Below, piece after piece: positions 8,494-19,258 of a stretch of DNA of 64,000 nt; position 1 is the stretch's first letter, and each line of letters begins with the position of its first letter. The translations under genes were made by a program, and so were the position numbers. Source of the stretch: an uncultured Melioribacter sp. GTDB taxonomy: Bacteria; Bacteroidota; Ignavibacteria; Kapaibacteriales; Kapaibacteriaceae. Under the pieces are notes generated by a model. That model was not told where the DNA came from, ran no database searches, and was given only the letters and a program-made list of their open reading frames with translations. Where the stretch lies: contig CAYSMF010000012.1 of NCBI GenBank assembly GCA_964432155.1, forward strand, positions 2,758 through 66,757, in the 5' to 3' direction.

Positions 8494-10235
8494 GGACGGC
8501 TCCCTGCAGATTGTACCGTAGGATCAGGAAGGATTGGAGGCTTGGCTTGTGACTTCTGCTTCTTTTGTACTTCAATGGTTGACACGAGCAGACTTGGCGA
8601 TGACGCGCTTACGGGTACGCCGCCAGACTCCGCGCCGCACACTCCGTTGAAGACGCCAAGATCATCTGCAGCAGCAACAATATTGTTGAAGGTCGTCAGT
8701 GGTGTACCAATGAGATCGACACCACGAATGAGTTCATCAGGACGGCCGTCGGCAAACACCTTATACACAACAAGTGGTTGCACGTTGAATGCGTTAGGCA
8801 CGGTGCGACCAGTAAATGTGAAGCCCCCTTGAATGTCTTCGAACAACAGACCAAACTCTTTCTGTTGCGCAATGCATTCGCGGCGGAGCATCGACCGCAG
8901 TGAATCATACGGGACGGTTGTTGTTGCTTCGACAATCAAGTTCGATTGACGCGACACGGCCTTGAACCCAGGCTGACGTCGCCCATGTCCATTCGACGTT
9001 GGGAAGTTCTCAATCGGAGAGCGCGACATCAGGAAGCTCTTGAAGATGCCACTGTCAACGGCAACAACGCGCTTGCCCGGCATACCCTCATCATCGAACG
9101 AGAAGGCTCCAACGATATCGGTGCCGCGAAGCGATGTGATTGTTGGGTCAAACACCACGTTAATGAACGGAGGCAGGATTCGCTTGTTGAGAAACGGCTT
9201 GAACGTCTGACTAGAGTTAACGTCTTTCTGACGGTGGCCCTCGACGCGGTGACCGAAGATCTCGTGGAAGAACACGCCTGAGCTTCGGCCAGATAGAATA
9301 GCGGGTCCGGTATAGGTTTCAAGAAGCGGCGCCGTGCGGAGCTTACGTGCTAAATCGATCAGTCGACGCACGTCATTCTCCATGGAAGCCTTGGATGGAA
9401 GGCGATCGACGGCATAGGCTGAGTAGCTCTCGTACAAGGGAAGACTCATGCCATCATCGGCTTTCGCCTTGACGATGATGAACATCTTCACAATTGGCTC
9501 CGAGAGTTGAACCACGGTACCTTCGGAGTTGACGATATACTTCACCAATCGATCCGTCTGGAATGACACACGACCAGAGAGGATGTGTTCCTGATTTGCA
9601 CACATCGCACTCAACGACCGAACGCGATCACGCCACATCGCAGTGTCGTACTCAAACGGACGTGGCTCGGTGATCGACACGTATGCACGCTCACGTGAGA
9701 GGTCGGCTGATGAGTCTTCCTCGCGCACTTTCACCTGGAGATTGGTGAGCACCTTGCCATAGCGTTCGGCAGCTGCAGTATAGGCTTTGTCGGTTGCCGA
9801 CCAGATGATGCTACGGAGCGCACGCTCATCGTCACCCGCGGGCATCTCAACACCGCGTGTACCACGCCCCATTTCGAAGGCCACGCCACGAATGCTACGC
9901 GTGTTGTCGAGTTCGTATGAACCGACCCGAACATCCACGTCGAGAACGCGACGTGATGTCGTGACGTCCACATCGAGCGCTCCCATCGACGCCGTAATCA
10001 CGGTCGAGGAAACTTCTGTGACAGCGTAGGAGAGGAAGTAGGGCGCTGGTTTAGCAGTTGCCAATGTTGACATGGTTCGGTCAACCTCGGCGCGCATCGC
10101 ACGAAGAACGGGCGATTGCGACTGTGCAGTTGCGATGCTTGAGATGGCAACAAACGCTGCCGTAAGGGCAACGTTACGACGCAGTCGGAGTGAGAACAGT
10201 CTTTGAAACAACGTTGAGATCCTCGTCAAGTTCAT
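8490..10235 (-). CDS. TldD/PmbA family metallopeptidase-like protein (secreted)
   Basis: Paralog of the preceding gene with 4-nt stop/start overlap. Contains [15 protein letters not shown] and TSNGHGRR motifs. Start placed at [10 protein letters not shown].. (signal peptide ..[10 protein letters not shown]) rather than the longer ORF start. Confidence 0.65.
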   Translation of the reverse strand: MNLTRISTLFQRLFSLRLRRNVALTAAFVAISSIATAQSQSPVLRAMRAEVDRTMSTLATAKPAPYFLSYAVTEVSSTVITASMGALDVDVTTSRRVLDVDVRVGSYELDNTRSIRGVAFEMGRGTRGVEMPAGDDERALRSIIWSATDKAYTAAAERYGKVLTNLQVKVREEDSSADLSRERAYVSITEPRPFEYDTAMWRDRVRSLSAMCANQEHILSGRVSFQTDRLVKYIVNSEGTVVQLSEPIVKMFIIVKAKADDGMSLPLYESYSAYAVDRLPSKASMENDVRRLIDLARKLRTAPLLETYTGPAILSGRSSGVFFHEIFGHRVEGHRQKDVNSSQTFKPFLNKRILPPFINVVFDPTITSLRGTDIVGAFSFDDEGMPGKRVVAVDSGIFKSFLMSRSPIENFPTSNGHGRRQPGFKAVSRQSNLIVEATTTVPYDSLRSMLRRECIAQQKEFGLLFEDIQGGFTFTGRTVPNAFNVQPLVVYKVFADGRPDELIRGVDLIGTPLTTFNNIVAAADDLGVFNGVCGAESGGVPVSASSPSLLVSTIEVQKKQKSQAKPPILPDPTVQSAGSRP

Positions 10236-10794
10236 AGGTGATCGGAACGCCAGTGGCGATCTCGGTCTTGAGAATTTCGTCGGGAGAGAGATGCTCAACA
10301 AACATGACAAGTGCGCGGAGCGAATTGCCGTGCGCCACAACGAGAACGTTCTTTCCATCGCGGAGCAAGGGAACGATGCGTGATTCGAAGTACGGTGCAA
10401 CACGTGCCTGCGTATCCTTCAGCGACTCGCCATTTGGTGGCGGCACGTCGTAGGAGCGTCGCCAAACATGAACCTGTTCAGCTCCGAACTTCTCCGCAGT
10501 CTCTGCCTTGTTCAACCCCTGAAGGTCGCCATAGTGACGCTCGTTGAGCGCTTGATCGCGATGCACAGGAATGTCATGGATGCCAGCTTCCGCACAAGCA
10601 ATCTCTGCCGTGCGCATTGCACGCTTAAGAACGGAGGTAAACAACACATCAACCGGGACGCCCTTCAGAACGTGACCTGCGGCAGCGGCCTCGCGTTCGC
10701 CTTTTGGCGAAAGGTCGACATCAACCCAGCCGGTGAAGCGATTCTCGAGGTTCCATTGTGATTCACCGTGGCGGACGAGTGTAAGGCGCGGCAT
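10174..10794 (-). CDS. gpmA: 2,3-bisphosphoglycerate-dependent phosphoglycerate mutase
   Basis: N-terminal [10 protein letters not shown] histidine-phosphatase motif and conserved dPGM residues; 206 aa short form. Confidence 0.85.
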   Translation of the reverse strand: MPRLTLVRHGESQWNLENRFTGWVDVDLSPKGEREAAAAGHVLKGVPVDVLFTSVLKRAMRTAEIACAEAGIHDIPVHRDQALNERHYGDLQGLNKAETAEKFGAEQVHVWRRSYDVPPPNGESLKDTQARVAPYFESRIVPLLRDGKNVLVVAHGNSLRALVMFVEHLSPDEILKTEIATGVPITYELDEDLNVVSKTVLTPTAS

Positions 10795-11198
10795 TAGTGT
10801 TTCTCCGAACAGAGTTCCATGAGTACGCCACCCGTTGATGATGGGTGCAGAAAGGCAACCAGCATGTCGTGTGCGCCATGTTGTGGCTCGGTGTTGATTA
10901 ACCGAATATCGTTTTCGGACAGGCGCTGAAGGTCTTCGCCAATGGTGTCGGTTCGGAATGCAATGTGGTGAATTCCCTCGCCACGCTTTTCGAGGAACTT
11001 CGCAATAGGCGACTCTGCATGGAGAGGCGCAGTGAGTTCGATGCGCACACCATTCAATGCAAACGATGCAATATCGACGCCTTGATCAACCACTTGCTCA
11101 CGATGGATGTCGGTGAGTTGAAAAATTGAACGGTAGAGCGCGATGCTTGCCTCGAGGTCACGTACGGCAATGCCGATGTGGTCGACAGCTTGAATCAT
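10794..11198 (-). CDS. methylmalonyl-CoA epimerase / VOC (glyoxalase) family protein
   Basis: [13 protein letters not shown]...F and a second ..GEGIHHIAF half-domain. Start at the internal Met so it abuts the upstream gene. Confidence 0.65.
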   Translation of the reverse strand: MIQAVDHIGIAVRDLEASIALYRSIFQLTDIHREQVVDQGVDIASFALNGVRIELTAPLHAESPIAKFLEKRGEGIHHIAFRTDTIGEDLQRLSENDIRLINTEPQHGAHDMLVAFLHPSSTGGVLMELCSEKH

Positions 11199-11956
11199 TG
11201 GAGACTCCGCTTGTGAAGCAGCGTGCTGGCATGTTCGAGATCTGCAACCGTATTGATTCCATGCAGCTCTTCCCATGAAGGGGCACACCATGCATCGACG
11301 ACCAATCCGTCGGACTGCAGAATTCCGATAATGTCTGTTAGGTAGAACTCGCCCTGTGCATTGGTGTTCGACACCCGTGACAGCGATGGGTAGAGCGACT
11401 CTGAGCGCACCACATAGATGCCCGAGTTAATCTCGGTGATGGCACGTTCCTCGTCGCTTGCATCCTTGTGCTCGACGATACGTAGCAGGTTGCCGTCGGC
11501 GTCGCGCACAATACGGCCGTACCCTGATGGGTCTGGCACGCGTGCTGTGAGCACAGTCGCAACCGCATTGCCCGAGCGATGACGGTCGACCAGGGCCTGC
11601 AGGGTTGCCGTTGTGAGCAGGGGGACATCTCCGCTAAGAATGATCACGTCAGCATGACGTGATGCAAGTAGCGGAGCGGTTTGCTGTACGGCATGGCCCG
11701 TACCAAGCTGTTGATCTTGCACCACACAGGCAGCCGTTGGCATCGTCTCTGCAACGTAGGCCGCAACGGCCTCGCGCTGATGTCCGACGATAACGACGAC
11801 GGCATCCGGCTGAAGATCTGATGATTGTTGAAGGACGTATCCGAGAAGCGGAGTGCCGTTCAGCGGAGCGAGCACCTTGGCAAGGTTGGGATTGCCCATG
11901 CGCTTGCCTTGTCCCGCAGCCAGAATCGCAACGGCGAGTTCGCGGTGGTGTTGCAT
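11195..11956 (-). CDS. GlmU-like sugar-1-phosphate nucleotidyltransferase, N-terminal domain only
   Basis: AVAILAAGQGKRMG, QQLGTGHAVQ, LSGDVPL, YGRIVR and GEFYLTD match the GlmU uridyltransferase domain. The ORF ends at 253 aa and no left-handed beta-helix acetyltransferase domain follows. Confidence 0.7.
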   Translation of the reverse strand: MQHHRELAVAILAAGQGKRMGNPNLAKVLAPLNGTPLLGYVLQQSSDLQPDAVVVIVGHQREAVAAYVAETMPTAACVVQDQQLGTGHAVQQTAPLLASRHADVIILSGDVPLLTTATLQALVDRHRSGNAVATVLTARVPDPSGYGRIVRDADGNLLRIVEHKDASDEERAITEINSGIYVVRSESLYPSLSRVSNTNAQGEFYLTDIIGILQSDGLVVDAWCAPSWEELHGINTVADLEHASTLLHKRSLQ

Positions 11957-11959
11957 GTT

Positions 11960-12355
11960 TTAGTTGTGACGCGGCAGATGGGTGTAGGCTTCGACACTCG
12001 AAGAAATCGATACAGGATCGTTCTTCGCATCAACGAGGACAACCGTAGGCTTATACGCACGCGCTTCGGCATCGGGCATCGTCGTGTAGCTGATGATGAT
12101 GATTTCATCGTCGATATGCCCCTTACGCGCAGCTGCTCCATTGAGGCAGATATCGCGCGATCCACGTGTTCCTGGGATCACGTACGTTTCGAAGCGCTCG
12201 CCGTTGTTGATGTTCACAACGGAGACCTTCTCATACGCGATGAGATCTGCTGCTTCCATGAGCTCTTCATCAATCGTCAGACTGCCCTCGTAATAGAGGT
12301 CGGCCTGCGTGATCCGAGCACGGTGAAGTTTCGACTTAAACATGACGCGATTCAT
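11960..12355 (-). CDS. panD: aspartate 1-decarboxylase
   Basis: [24 protein letters not shown] and a GS self-cleavage site; typical PanD length (131 aa). Confidence 0.85.
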   Translation of the reverse strand: MNRVMFKSKLHRARITQADLYYEGSLTIDEELMEAADLIAYEKVSVVNINNGERFETYVIPGTRGSRDICLNGAAARKGHIDDEIIIISYTTMPDAEARAYKPTVVLVDAKNDPVSISSSVEAYTHLPRHN

Positions 12356-12456
12356 GGAAACGCTCCCGTGATGGCGTGCTGAAGGTGATTAGGGTCACAA
12401 AGTTACCGTTTTCGGGCGGACAGACGAACTACCTGGGAGGTTCGTATTTTCGCGGT

Positions 12457-12798
12457 ATGAAAATCACCCTCGGTCAAATCGCTCATGCTCGCAGTGGCGA
12501 CAAGGGCGACGCTGCCAATTGCGGCGTTATCGCGTTCAAGGAAGAATGGTATCCAATCATCCGAGATGCGCTGACGACCGAGCGCGTGGCGGCGTATTTC
12601 AAGGGCGTGTGCCTCGGCCCCGTTGAGCGCTATGAAATCCCGAACCTTTGGGCCGTCAACTTCGTGCTCAATAACACGTTGGGAGGGGGCGGAACGGTCT
12701 CCCTTAAGCTTGATGCTCAGGGCAAGACGATCGCCTCGGCAATGCTGATGATGGAAATCGACGTCGACCCAGCAGTGCTTGGCTCACTGGAACACTAA
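12457..12798 (+). CDS. hypothetical protein, possibly DUF4387-like (AtuA C-terminal-like) small domain
   Basis: 113 aa from the internal Met; AHARSGDKGD motif recalled from the AtuA C-terminal domain family. No AtuA N-terminal partner is nearby. Confidence 0.35.
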   Translation: MKITLGQIAHARSGDKGDAANCGVIAFKEEWYPIIRDALTTERVAAYFKGVCLGPVERYEIPNLWAVNFVLNNTLGGGGTVSLKLDAQGKTIASAMLMMEIDVDPAVLGSLEH

Positions 12799-12812
12799 TC
12801 AGGCGAGGGGGC

Positions 12813-13283
12813 TTACTTGCCTCCGCCGCCAGGCATGAGTGGACTTCCAACACCGCACGAGGTTTCGAGCGAGGTGAGGATCGGGCGCATCCAAGCCTTA
12901 ACCTGTTCGCCAGACCAGCGCTTGTCCCATGTCTGCGTGACGTCGCTGCCATCCATGCGGGTTGACACCGAATACACGTCAACATGGACAGAATCGCCAG
13001 TGTGCTGCACGCGCCATGTGCGCACGAGCATCGTGTACCGGTACTCAACCTGGCTGATCGAATCCTGAGCAACGATCACGCGCTCTGCGGGATTCTGCTC
13101 GACGACTGTGTATCCGTGTTGGTCGAAGACGCCAGCTACGGACTTCATCCAAGCAGTCGTATCGCCTGTGCAGGGCATCGACATGGTCCGCTTGCGATCC
13201 ATGTAATTGAAGACGCTGCAGCCACTGAGGAGCAGACTCCACGCCATGGCAATGACGATGATCCATCCTGATGTTCGCTGCAT
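12813..13283 (-). CDS. hypothetical lipoprotein
   Basis: Lipobox LLLSGC after a hydrophobic N-terminus. No recognisable domain. Confidence 0.4.
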   Translation of the reverse strand: MQRTSGWIIVIAMAWSLLLSGCSVFNYMDRKRTMSMPCTGDTTAWMKSVAGVFDQHGYTVVEQNPAERVIVAQDSISQVEYRYTMLVRTWRVQHTGDSVHVDVYSVSTRMDGSDVTQTWDKRWSGEQVKAWMRPILTSLETSCGVGSPLMPGGGGK

Positions 13284-13321
13284 GTCCGTACTCCGTTCTG
13301 AAAACAAAAGCGCAAATTAGC

Positions 13322-14617
13322 ATGATGAAGACGCAACACCCTAATTCGACCGCCTGGAATGCGACCGCTACGGGGCTTGATGCTGCCGACACGCTCAAGA
13401 ACTTCCGAGAGCAGTTTTCGTTTCCGCAGCACAACGGAACCGATGCGGTGTACATGTGTGGTAACTCCCTTGGTCTGCAGCCGAAGCGAACACAGGCGTA
13501 TTTCGAGCAGGAGCTTGAAGATTGGCGCCAGTTTGCTGTCGACGGCCATTTCCGGGCTAAAAACCCATGGTACTCCTACCATCGGTGGTTTGCCGAACCG
13601 CTGGCACGGATCGTCGGGGCTCGTCCACACGAGGTTGTGGCGATGAATACGCTAACGGTGAACCTTCACCTCGCAATGGTGTCGTTCTACCGTCCAACGA
13701 AGTCTCGTTCGAAGATTATCATTGCAGGACACGAGTTTCCGTCGGACCGATACGCGGTCGAGAGCCAGATTCGGGTCCATGGATTTGATCCTGCCGACAC
13801 GCTCATCGAGATTCAGCCACTTCCTGGTCACTCGACGCTCACAACAGAACAGATCTGCGCCACGATTGCCGAACACGGCGATTCAGTTGCGCTCGTCATG
13901 CTGAGTGGTGTGCATTTCTACTCAGGACAGCGATTCGAGATGCAGACCATTGCATCATGCGCGAAATCTGTTGGCGCGCACATCGGACTCGATCTTGCGC
14001 ACGCAGTTGGAAATGTCGAGCTCGAACTCCACGCATGGGGTATCGACTTTGCCATCTGGTGTTCATACAAGTACCTCAACGCTGGTCCCGGAGCAGTAGG
14101 CGGAATGTTTATCCATGAAGCTTATGCACAGCGACCGGATTTGCCGCGATTTGCGGGCTGGTGGGGGAATGATGAATCAACACGATTCATGATGGACCAC
14201 GCCTTTGTGCCATCATATGGCGTTGATGGTTGGCAGTTGTCGAATGCGCAAGTGATGAACATGGTCGGACTTCGCGCATCGCTCGAGATCTTCGATGAGG
14301 CAGGGTTCGCGGCGCTCTGCGCCAAGCGCACACAGCTGACAGGGTTGCTCCATTCAATCCTTTCCGACATCGTTGCATCACATCCGTGGATGCGCATCAT
14401 CACCCCGTCGGATCCACATCAGCGTGGTGCCCAGCTCAGTATTCAGTTTGAACGTGATGGTCGCGCCGTGTTCGAGGCCTTGATCGCACGTGGAATCGTA
14501 GTTGACTGGCGCACGCCAGATGTGATTCGAATTTCTCCAGCTCCTCTCTACGTGCGATATGCCGACGTTGTGCGCGTTGGAGAAGAGCTACATGATATCC
14601 TTCAGGAGTTTGCGTGA
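13322..14617 (+). CDS. kynU: kynureninase
   Basis: Class V aminotransferase fold with kynureninase-specific N-terminal region (..FREQFSFPQ..AVYMCGNSLGLQPK..) and a PLP-lysine region (CSYKYLNAGPG). Confidence 0.85.
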   Translation: MMKTQHPNSTAWNATATGLDAADTLKNFREQFSFPQHNGTDAVYMCGNSLGLQPKRTQAYFEQELEDWRQFAVDGHFRAKNPWYSYHRWFAEPLARIVGARPHEVVAMNTLTVNLHLAMVSFYRPTKSRSKIIIAGHEFPSDRYAVESQIRVHGFDPADTLIEIQPLPGHSTLTTEQICATIAEHGDSVALVMLSGVHFYSGQRFEMQTIASCAKSVGAHIGLDLAHAVGNVELELHAWGIDFAIWCSYKYLNAGPGAVGGMFIHEAYAQRPDLPRFAGWWGNDESTRFMMDHAFVPSYGVDGWQLSNAQVMNMVGLRASLEIFDEAGFAALCAKRTQLTGLLHSILSDIVASHPWMRIITPSDPHQRGAQLSIQFERDGRAVFEALIARGIVVDWRTPDVIRISPAPLYVRYADVVRVGEELHDILQEFA

Positions 14618-15390
14618 GTGATGCAGCCGTCGATCCCGGACGCTATGTTGTTGGTCGTCGAGCTGTAGCAGAAGCTCTCGAGAGTGGTGCGCCACTTGAA
14701 AAGGTGTTCGTTGCGTATACCGTTGACGAAGGGGGCGCGCTGTCGCAACTCCGCGCTGCTGCGCGCAATCGGGGTGTTCAGTGCAGCACAATGGACAAGC
14801 GCAAGTTCTCGGCGCTCGAGCGGCAGCTTGGCTGCGCTCCGAATGATGCGCAAGGGGTGATCGCGATTCGTCCAGTTCGCGAAGCGCTAACGCTTGACGA
14901 ACTTCTCGCCCAAGCGCGAGCAGCAAGTGAAGATCCGATCGTCGTCGTGCTTGATGGCATTACCGATCCACACAATCTTGGGGCGATTGCACGAAGTGCC
15001 GAAGCCGTTGGTGCAGCAGGGATGGTGCTACCAACGAAGTATAGTGCGCCGATCACCCCAGTCGCTGTGAAAGCCTCTGCAGGAGCACTCGAGCACTTGC
15101 CGATTGCCAAGGTGCCTCGCGTCTCTGAGGCTCTCAAGCATTGTCGATCGCTCGGATGGCGTGTTGTCGGGACGGCGATACCTGCCTCGGCTGTGTATAC
15201 CGACGATGTGTATCAGGGTCCACTGGTGATCGTTATCGGCAACGAGGGCGAAGGACTTCATCCGAGCGTGCAGGCGGTCTGTGATGTGCTCGTCGAGATC
15301 CCGATGGCAGGACACGTGCAGTCGCTTAATGCGTCGGTTGCTGCGGGGATTGTGCTGTTTGCCGCAAGATCCCGTCGTAGAGGATCGTAA
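14614..15390 (+). CDS. TrmH/SpoU family RNA 2-prime-O-methyltransferase (RlmB-like)
   Basis: SpoU methylase motifs (..VLDGITDPHNLGAI.RSA.A.G..., [19 protein letters not shown]). 4-nt overlap with kynU. Confidence 0.8.
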   Translation: MSDAAVDPGRYVVGRRAVAEALESGAPLEKVFVAYTVDEGGALSQLRAAARNRGVQCSTMDKRKFSALERQLGCAPNDAQGVIAIRPVREALTLDELLAQARAASEDPIVVVLDGITDPHNLGAIARSAEAVGAAGMVLPTKYSAPITPVAVKASAGALEHLPIAKVPRVSEALKHCRSLGWRVVGTAIPASAVYTDDVYQGPLVIVIGNEGEGLHPSVQAVCDVLVEIPMAGHVQSLNASVAAGIVLFAARSRRRGS

Positions 15391-16561
15391 ACACTACGTC
15401 GTGAGGCGCGCGCGTAGATCCTACGAGGTGTGCGCGCGAATCCAGCAACAACACGTGCTCTACGGTGAGTCGAACCAGTGCAATGAGTGCCGGTACATCG
15501 ATTGTTTCGCGCAGGAGCCCCATTCGCCGTCCTTCGGCAGCTGCACGCGAAATGTGGTATTCGAAGGAGCTGCGTCGCCATGCCATGAATGCATGGTGCT
15601 GCCGCGGCAACGCGTTGGCTAGATCATCAATGAAGATTGGTGATAGCTCGCTCAAGACATGCACGTATGTCGTGATCAACGTATGCAGGTCGCGCTGGAA
15701 TGTCGTTGCGTTATCGAACGTTAGCGGATCACAGCGACGATCGACCTCGCGCGCAGATTGGAGCAGAATCGTTGTAGCGATGTGCGCCTTCTTCGCGTAC
15801 TGTTCGTAGAGTGTTCGTTTTGAGATCCCAAGAGATCGCGCGATCTCGTCGGAGCTTGTCTTTGTGTAACCGAAGGTATTGAACAGGGCTAGCGATGCTG
15901 CGAGCGTTAGTGAACGATCCACCGGAGCAGTGCGTATTGCGAACTGTTGGTGCGGAGTTGCAGAAGTAACGATGCCACGCAGCAGTAGCTCCATCAGGCC
16001 CTGATACAGTTGCAACGACGACACGGACGACGTTTCGAGCGTTACGTAGTCCATGCATTTGTCAACCAAAACGCCATACATCGCAATGATATCGTCAACC
16101 GAAATGTCGTTGCGAATCTCACCGCGTGTAATACCCTCGTCGATCAAGCTTCGGAACGCTACATAGCGCTCGATGCGCCATGCGCGAAGCTCCTCCCATA
16201 CCGCTGGAGCCGCTCGCTGAAAATCATGCAGGAGTCTCGGCGAACGGATGCGTGCATAGATGGGGGAGATCTGGATCACAAGCCGTTCGAGGCGATCGGC
16301 AACAGACGACTTGTGGTCGGAATAGATCGCCTCGGTACGTTCTTCGATGGACCGTGTTGCCATGCGAACGACGCTTCGCAGAATATCCTCCTTCGAAGGG
16401 AACACTTTGTAGAGTGTCTTCTTCGAAATCCCCAGCATGCGGGAGATCGTATCAGTGGAAGTGCGAGAATACCCACCGTGCACAAATGCGTCGAGTGCGC
16501 GACGAATAATCGTCTCGCGCAGACGCTCAGGGTGTTGTTCGGATGAGTGTTGATCGTCCAT
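15326..16561 (-). CDS. TetR/AcrR family transcriptional regulator with two tandem TetR units
   Basis: Two HTH segments ([24 protein letters not shown] and [24 protein letters not shown]), each followed by about 150 aa of helical ligand-binding-like sequence. Confidence 0.7.
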   Translation of the reverse strand: MDDQHSSEQHPERLRETIIRRALDAFVHGGYSRTSTDTISRMLGISKKTLYKVFPSKEDILRSVVRMATRSIEERTEAIYSDHKSSVADRLERLVIQISPIYARIRSPRLLHDFQRAAPAVWEELRAWRIERYVAFRSLIDEGITRGEIRNDISVDDIIAMYGVLVDKCMDYVTLETSSVSSLQLYQGLMELLLRGIVTSATPHQQFAIRTAPVDRSLTLAASLALFNTFGYTKTSSDEIARSLGISKRTLYEQYAKKAHIATTILLQSAREVDRRCDPLTFDNATTFQRDLHTLITTYVHVLSELSPIFIDDLANALPRQHHAFMAWRRSSFEYHISRAAAEGRRMGLLRETIDVPALIALVRLTVEHVLLLDSRAHLVGSTRAPHDVVFTILYDGILRQTAQSPQQPTH

Positions 16562-16628
16562 GCAGAACGAAGATGCGGGAAAACATCGAATCTCACCACC
16601 GTGCACCCTTCGATGCGCTCTGGGTGGC

Positions 16629-16636
16629 TATCTTTG
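16629..16636 (+). promoter_or_regulatory. candidate -7 promoter element TATCTTTG upstream of lysS
   Basis: Matches TAnnTTTG about 38 nt upstream of the lysS ATG, in the 113-nt divergent intergenic region. Confidence 0.3.
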
Positions 16637-16673
16637 CCATTCACAGACTCCCTCATTTGATGATGTAGAACGT

Positions 16674-18200
16674 ATGTCGCACGTCCAACGAAACGACCAG
16701 GAATTGCACCGCATTGAGAAGCTGCACGAACTCCGAGCAGCAGGCATCAATCCGTTTCCACCGTCGTTTGATCTTTCGCATCACGCCGCTGAGATCCTTT
16801 CAACGTTTTCCGATGAGCAACCCGATGCGCTTGCATCGGTGTCGGTTGCCGGACGGATTATGGCAATCCGAAAGATGGGCAAAGCTTCGTTTTGCCACAT
16901 TCAGGACATGACGGGTCGCATCCAGATCTACCTCAAGCGCGATGATCTCGGTGACGCCTACGATCTCCTTCGACTCTACGACATTGGCGACATTATCGGC
17001 GTGGAGGGCTTCGTCTTCCGTACACGCATGGGTGAGATTAGTGTGCATGCACGAAGCGTCACGATGCTCACGAAGAGCGTCACAACAATTCCTGTTGGTA
17101 AGGAAGAGGTTGCTGAGGATGGAACCATCACACGCTACGACGCAATTGCCGACAAAGAGCAACGCTATCGTAAACGCTATTTGGACCTGATTGCGAATCC
17201 AGACGTAAAAGCCACGTTCGTCAAGCGCGCGAAGATCATCACAACGATGCGTCGCTTCTTCGACGAGCGCGGCTGGCTTGAAGTTGAAACGCCGATCCTT
17301 CAGCCGATTTATGGCGGTGCTACTGCGCGCCCCTTTGTCACGCATCATAACGCACTCGACGTAGAGCTCTACCTACGCATTGCTGATGAATTGTATTTGA
17401 AGCGCTTGATTGTAGGGGGCTTCGAAGGCGTTTACGAGATCTCGAAGAACTTCCGCAACGAGGGGATGGACAAGACGCACAACCCCGAGTACACGGCGAT
17501 GGAGATCTATGTAGCCTACAAAGACTACGAGTGGATGATGGGGATGACAGAGGAACTCGTCAACACGATCGTCCGCGAGACATGTGGTGCAGAGACCGTT
17601 GCCTTCCAGGGTACGGAACTCACGTTCGCGCTGCCATTCCGTCGCGCAGCGATGTACGACTTGTTCGACGAGCACACGGGCATGGATCTGCGTGGCCTCG
17701 ATCGTGCAGCTCTTCTTGCTGCAGCTCGTAAGCTCGATGTCGATGTCGATTCCGGAGCAAGTGCAATGAAGATTCTTGATGAGATCTTCAGCGTGCTCGT
17801 GCAGCCGCATCTGGTGCAGCCAACATTTGTGATGGACTATCCCGTTGAAATGTCGCCCCTTGCCAAGAAGCATCGCACCAAGGAAGGTCTTGTCGAGCGC
17901 TTTGAGCTTTTCGTGATGGGTAAAGAAATTGCCAACGCGTTTAGCGAATTGAACGACCCGCTTGATCAACGTGCGCGACTCGAAGAACAAGCAACGATTC
18001 GAGCCGCAGGTGATGATGAGGCAATGGTTGTCGACGACGACTTCCTGCATGCCATCGAAGTTGGTTTGCCGCCGACTGCCGGTCTTGGTGTGGGTATTGA
18101 CCGTCTCGTGATGCTGTTGACTGACAACGATTCAATTCGCGACGTACTGTTCTTCCCGCAGATGCGCCCAGAGCGCACTGCTCCGGCAACTGAGGAGTAA
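16674..18200 (+). CDS. lysS: lysine--tRNA ligase (class II)
   Basis: N-terminal anticodon-binding OB fold, class II motifs (FRNEG, GLGIGIDRLVM). Start at the internal Met [13 protein letters not shown]. Confidence 0.9.
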   Translation: MSHVQRNDQELHRIEKLHELRAAGINPFPPSFDLSHHAAEILSTFSDEQPDALASVSVAGRIMAIRKMGKASFCHIQDMTGRIQIYLKRDDLGDAYDLLRLYDIGDIIGVEGFVFRTRMGEISVHARSVTMLTKSVTTIPVGKEEVAEDGTITRYDAIADKEQRYRKRYLDLIANPDVKATFVKRAKIITTMRRFFDERGWLEVETPILQPIYGGATARPFVTHHNALDVELYLRIADELYLKRLIVGGFEGVYEISKNFRNEGMDKTHNPEYTAMEIYVAYKDYEWMMGMTEELVNTIVRETCGAETVAFQGTELTFALPFRRAAMYDLFDEHTGMDLRGLDRAALLAAARKLDVDVDSGASAMKILDEIFSVLVQPHLVQPTFVMDYPVEMSPLAKKHRTKEGLVERFELFVMGKEIANAFSELNDPLDQRARLEEQATIRAAGDDEAMVVDDDFLHAIEVGLPPTAGLGVGIDRLVMLLTDNDSIRDVLFFPQMRPERTAPATEE

Positions 18201-18202
18201 CG

Positions 18203-19258
18203 GTGGGGTATACACGCATCGAAGGCAGCGAGGGGCAAGCCCAACGTCCGCCACAGCGCCTTGTACTTCATCTCGTGCTGTTCGCAGCGACATTCCTCAC
18301 CTGCATGATGGCGGGTGCACAGTGGGCGATGCTCGACCCATTCCAGGTTGAACACTGGTCTGCTGGACTGACGTATGCCATCCTGCTGATGACGTTTCTT
18401 GCGGCCCATGAATTCGGACACTACATCGCAGCTCGTATTCATGGCGTTGATGCGACGTTGCCGTTCTTTATTCCGGTGCCATCAAGTCTGATGCCCTTTG
18501 GCACCTTTGGTGCGCTCATCAAGACACGGTCACGCATTAGCTCAAAGCGCGTTCTCTTCGATATCGGTGTTGCGGGTCCACTCGCAGGGTTTGCGGTGTG
18601 CCTGTTGATTCTCGCCGTTGGTGTCGTTACGCTTCCTGGCGTTGAGTCGCTCTACGCGATTCATCCTGAGTACGTGCAAACAGGCGTGATCCCAACGTCA
18701 GGAATGACGTTCGGCGATAATCTGCTGTTCATGATCGCTCGTGCAACACTTGGTACGACGATCTGGCTACCACCGATGAATGAGATCTACCACTATCCAT
18801 TTCTCTGTGTTGGTTGGTTCGGTCTGTTCGTGACGGCATTGAACATGCTGCCATTCGGACAACTTGATGGTGGACACGTGTTGTATGCACTTATCGGTCG
18901 CCGTCAGTGGCATGTAGCCCGCATACTCTGGTGGACTCTCTTTGTGTTCGCAATTCTTTGGATGATGAACATCATCCATCAGTTGCTCCTCGAGCCATCG
19001 CCAGAAGCATGGATTATTTGGCTGCAAACGCACCTTGATCCCTTCCTCTCGGACGCAATCACGCGCATGCCGCTCCTGTTTGAGCTTGGCGAAGTGTGGG
19101 TGTTCTGGCTGATCATGGTTCGACTGTTTATCAAAACCGATCACCCCGACATCGCGGATCCAGAGCCTCTTGGTAGGGGGCGCACCATCATCGGATGGGC
19201 ATCGATTGTGATCCTTGTATTGTGTCTTTCTCCACGGGCTATTTTCATCGCACCATGA
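18203..19258 (+). CDS. site-2 protease family zinc metalloprotease (membrane)
   Basis: HEFGHYIAAR HExxH motif within a transmembrane segment, and a GQLDGGHV LDG motif. Confidence 0.75.
   Translation: MGYTRIEGSEGQAQRPPQRLVLHLVLFAATFLTCMMAGAQWAMLDPFQVEHWSAGLTYAILLMTFLAAHEFGHYIAARIHGVDATLPFFIPVPSSLMPFGTFGALIKTRSRISSKRVLFDIGVAGPLAGFAVCLLILAVGVVTLPGVESLYAIHPEYVQTGVIPTSGMTFGDNLLFMIARATLGTTIWLPPMNEIYHYPFLCVGWFGLFVTALNMLPFGQLDGGHVLYALIGRRQWHVARILWWTLFVFAILWMMNIIHQLLLEPSPEAWIIWLQTHLDPFLSDAITRMPLLFELGEVWVFWLIMVRLFIKTDHPDIADPEPLGRGRTIIGWASIVILVLCLSPRAIFIAP

Noticed and set aside
10174-10235. About 60-nt overlap between the gpmA 3-prime end and the start of the upstream TldD/PmbA-like gene
   Set aside because: This is most likely a start-codon choice artefact. 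The TldD-like protein may initiate at a later non-ATG codon just before its signal peptide. It is not evidence of a frameshift or pseudogene.
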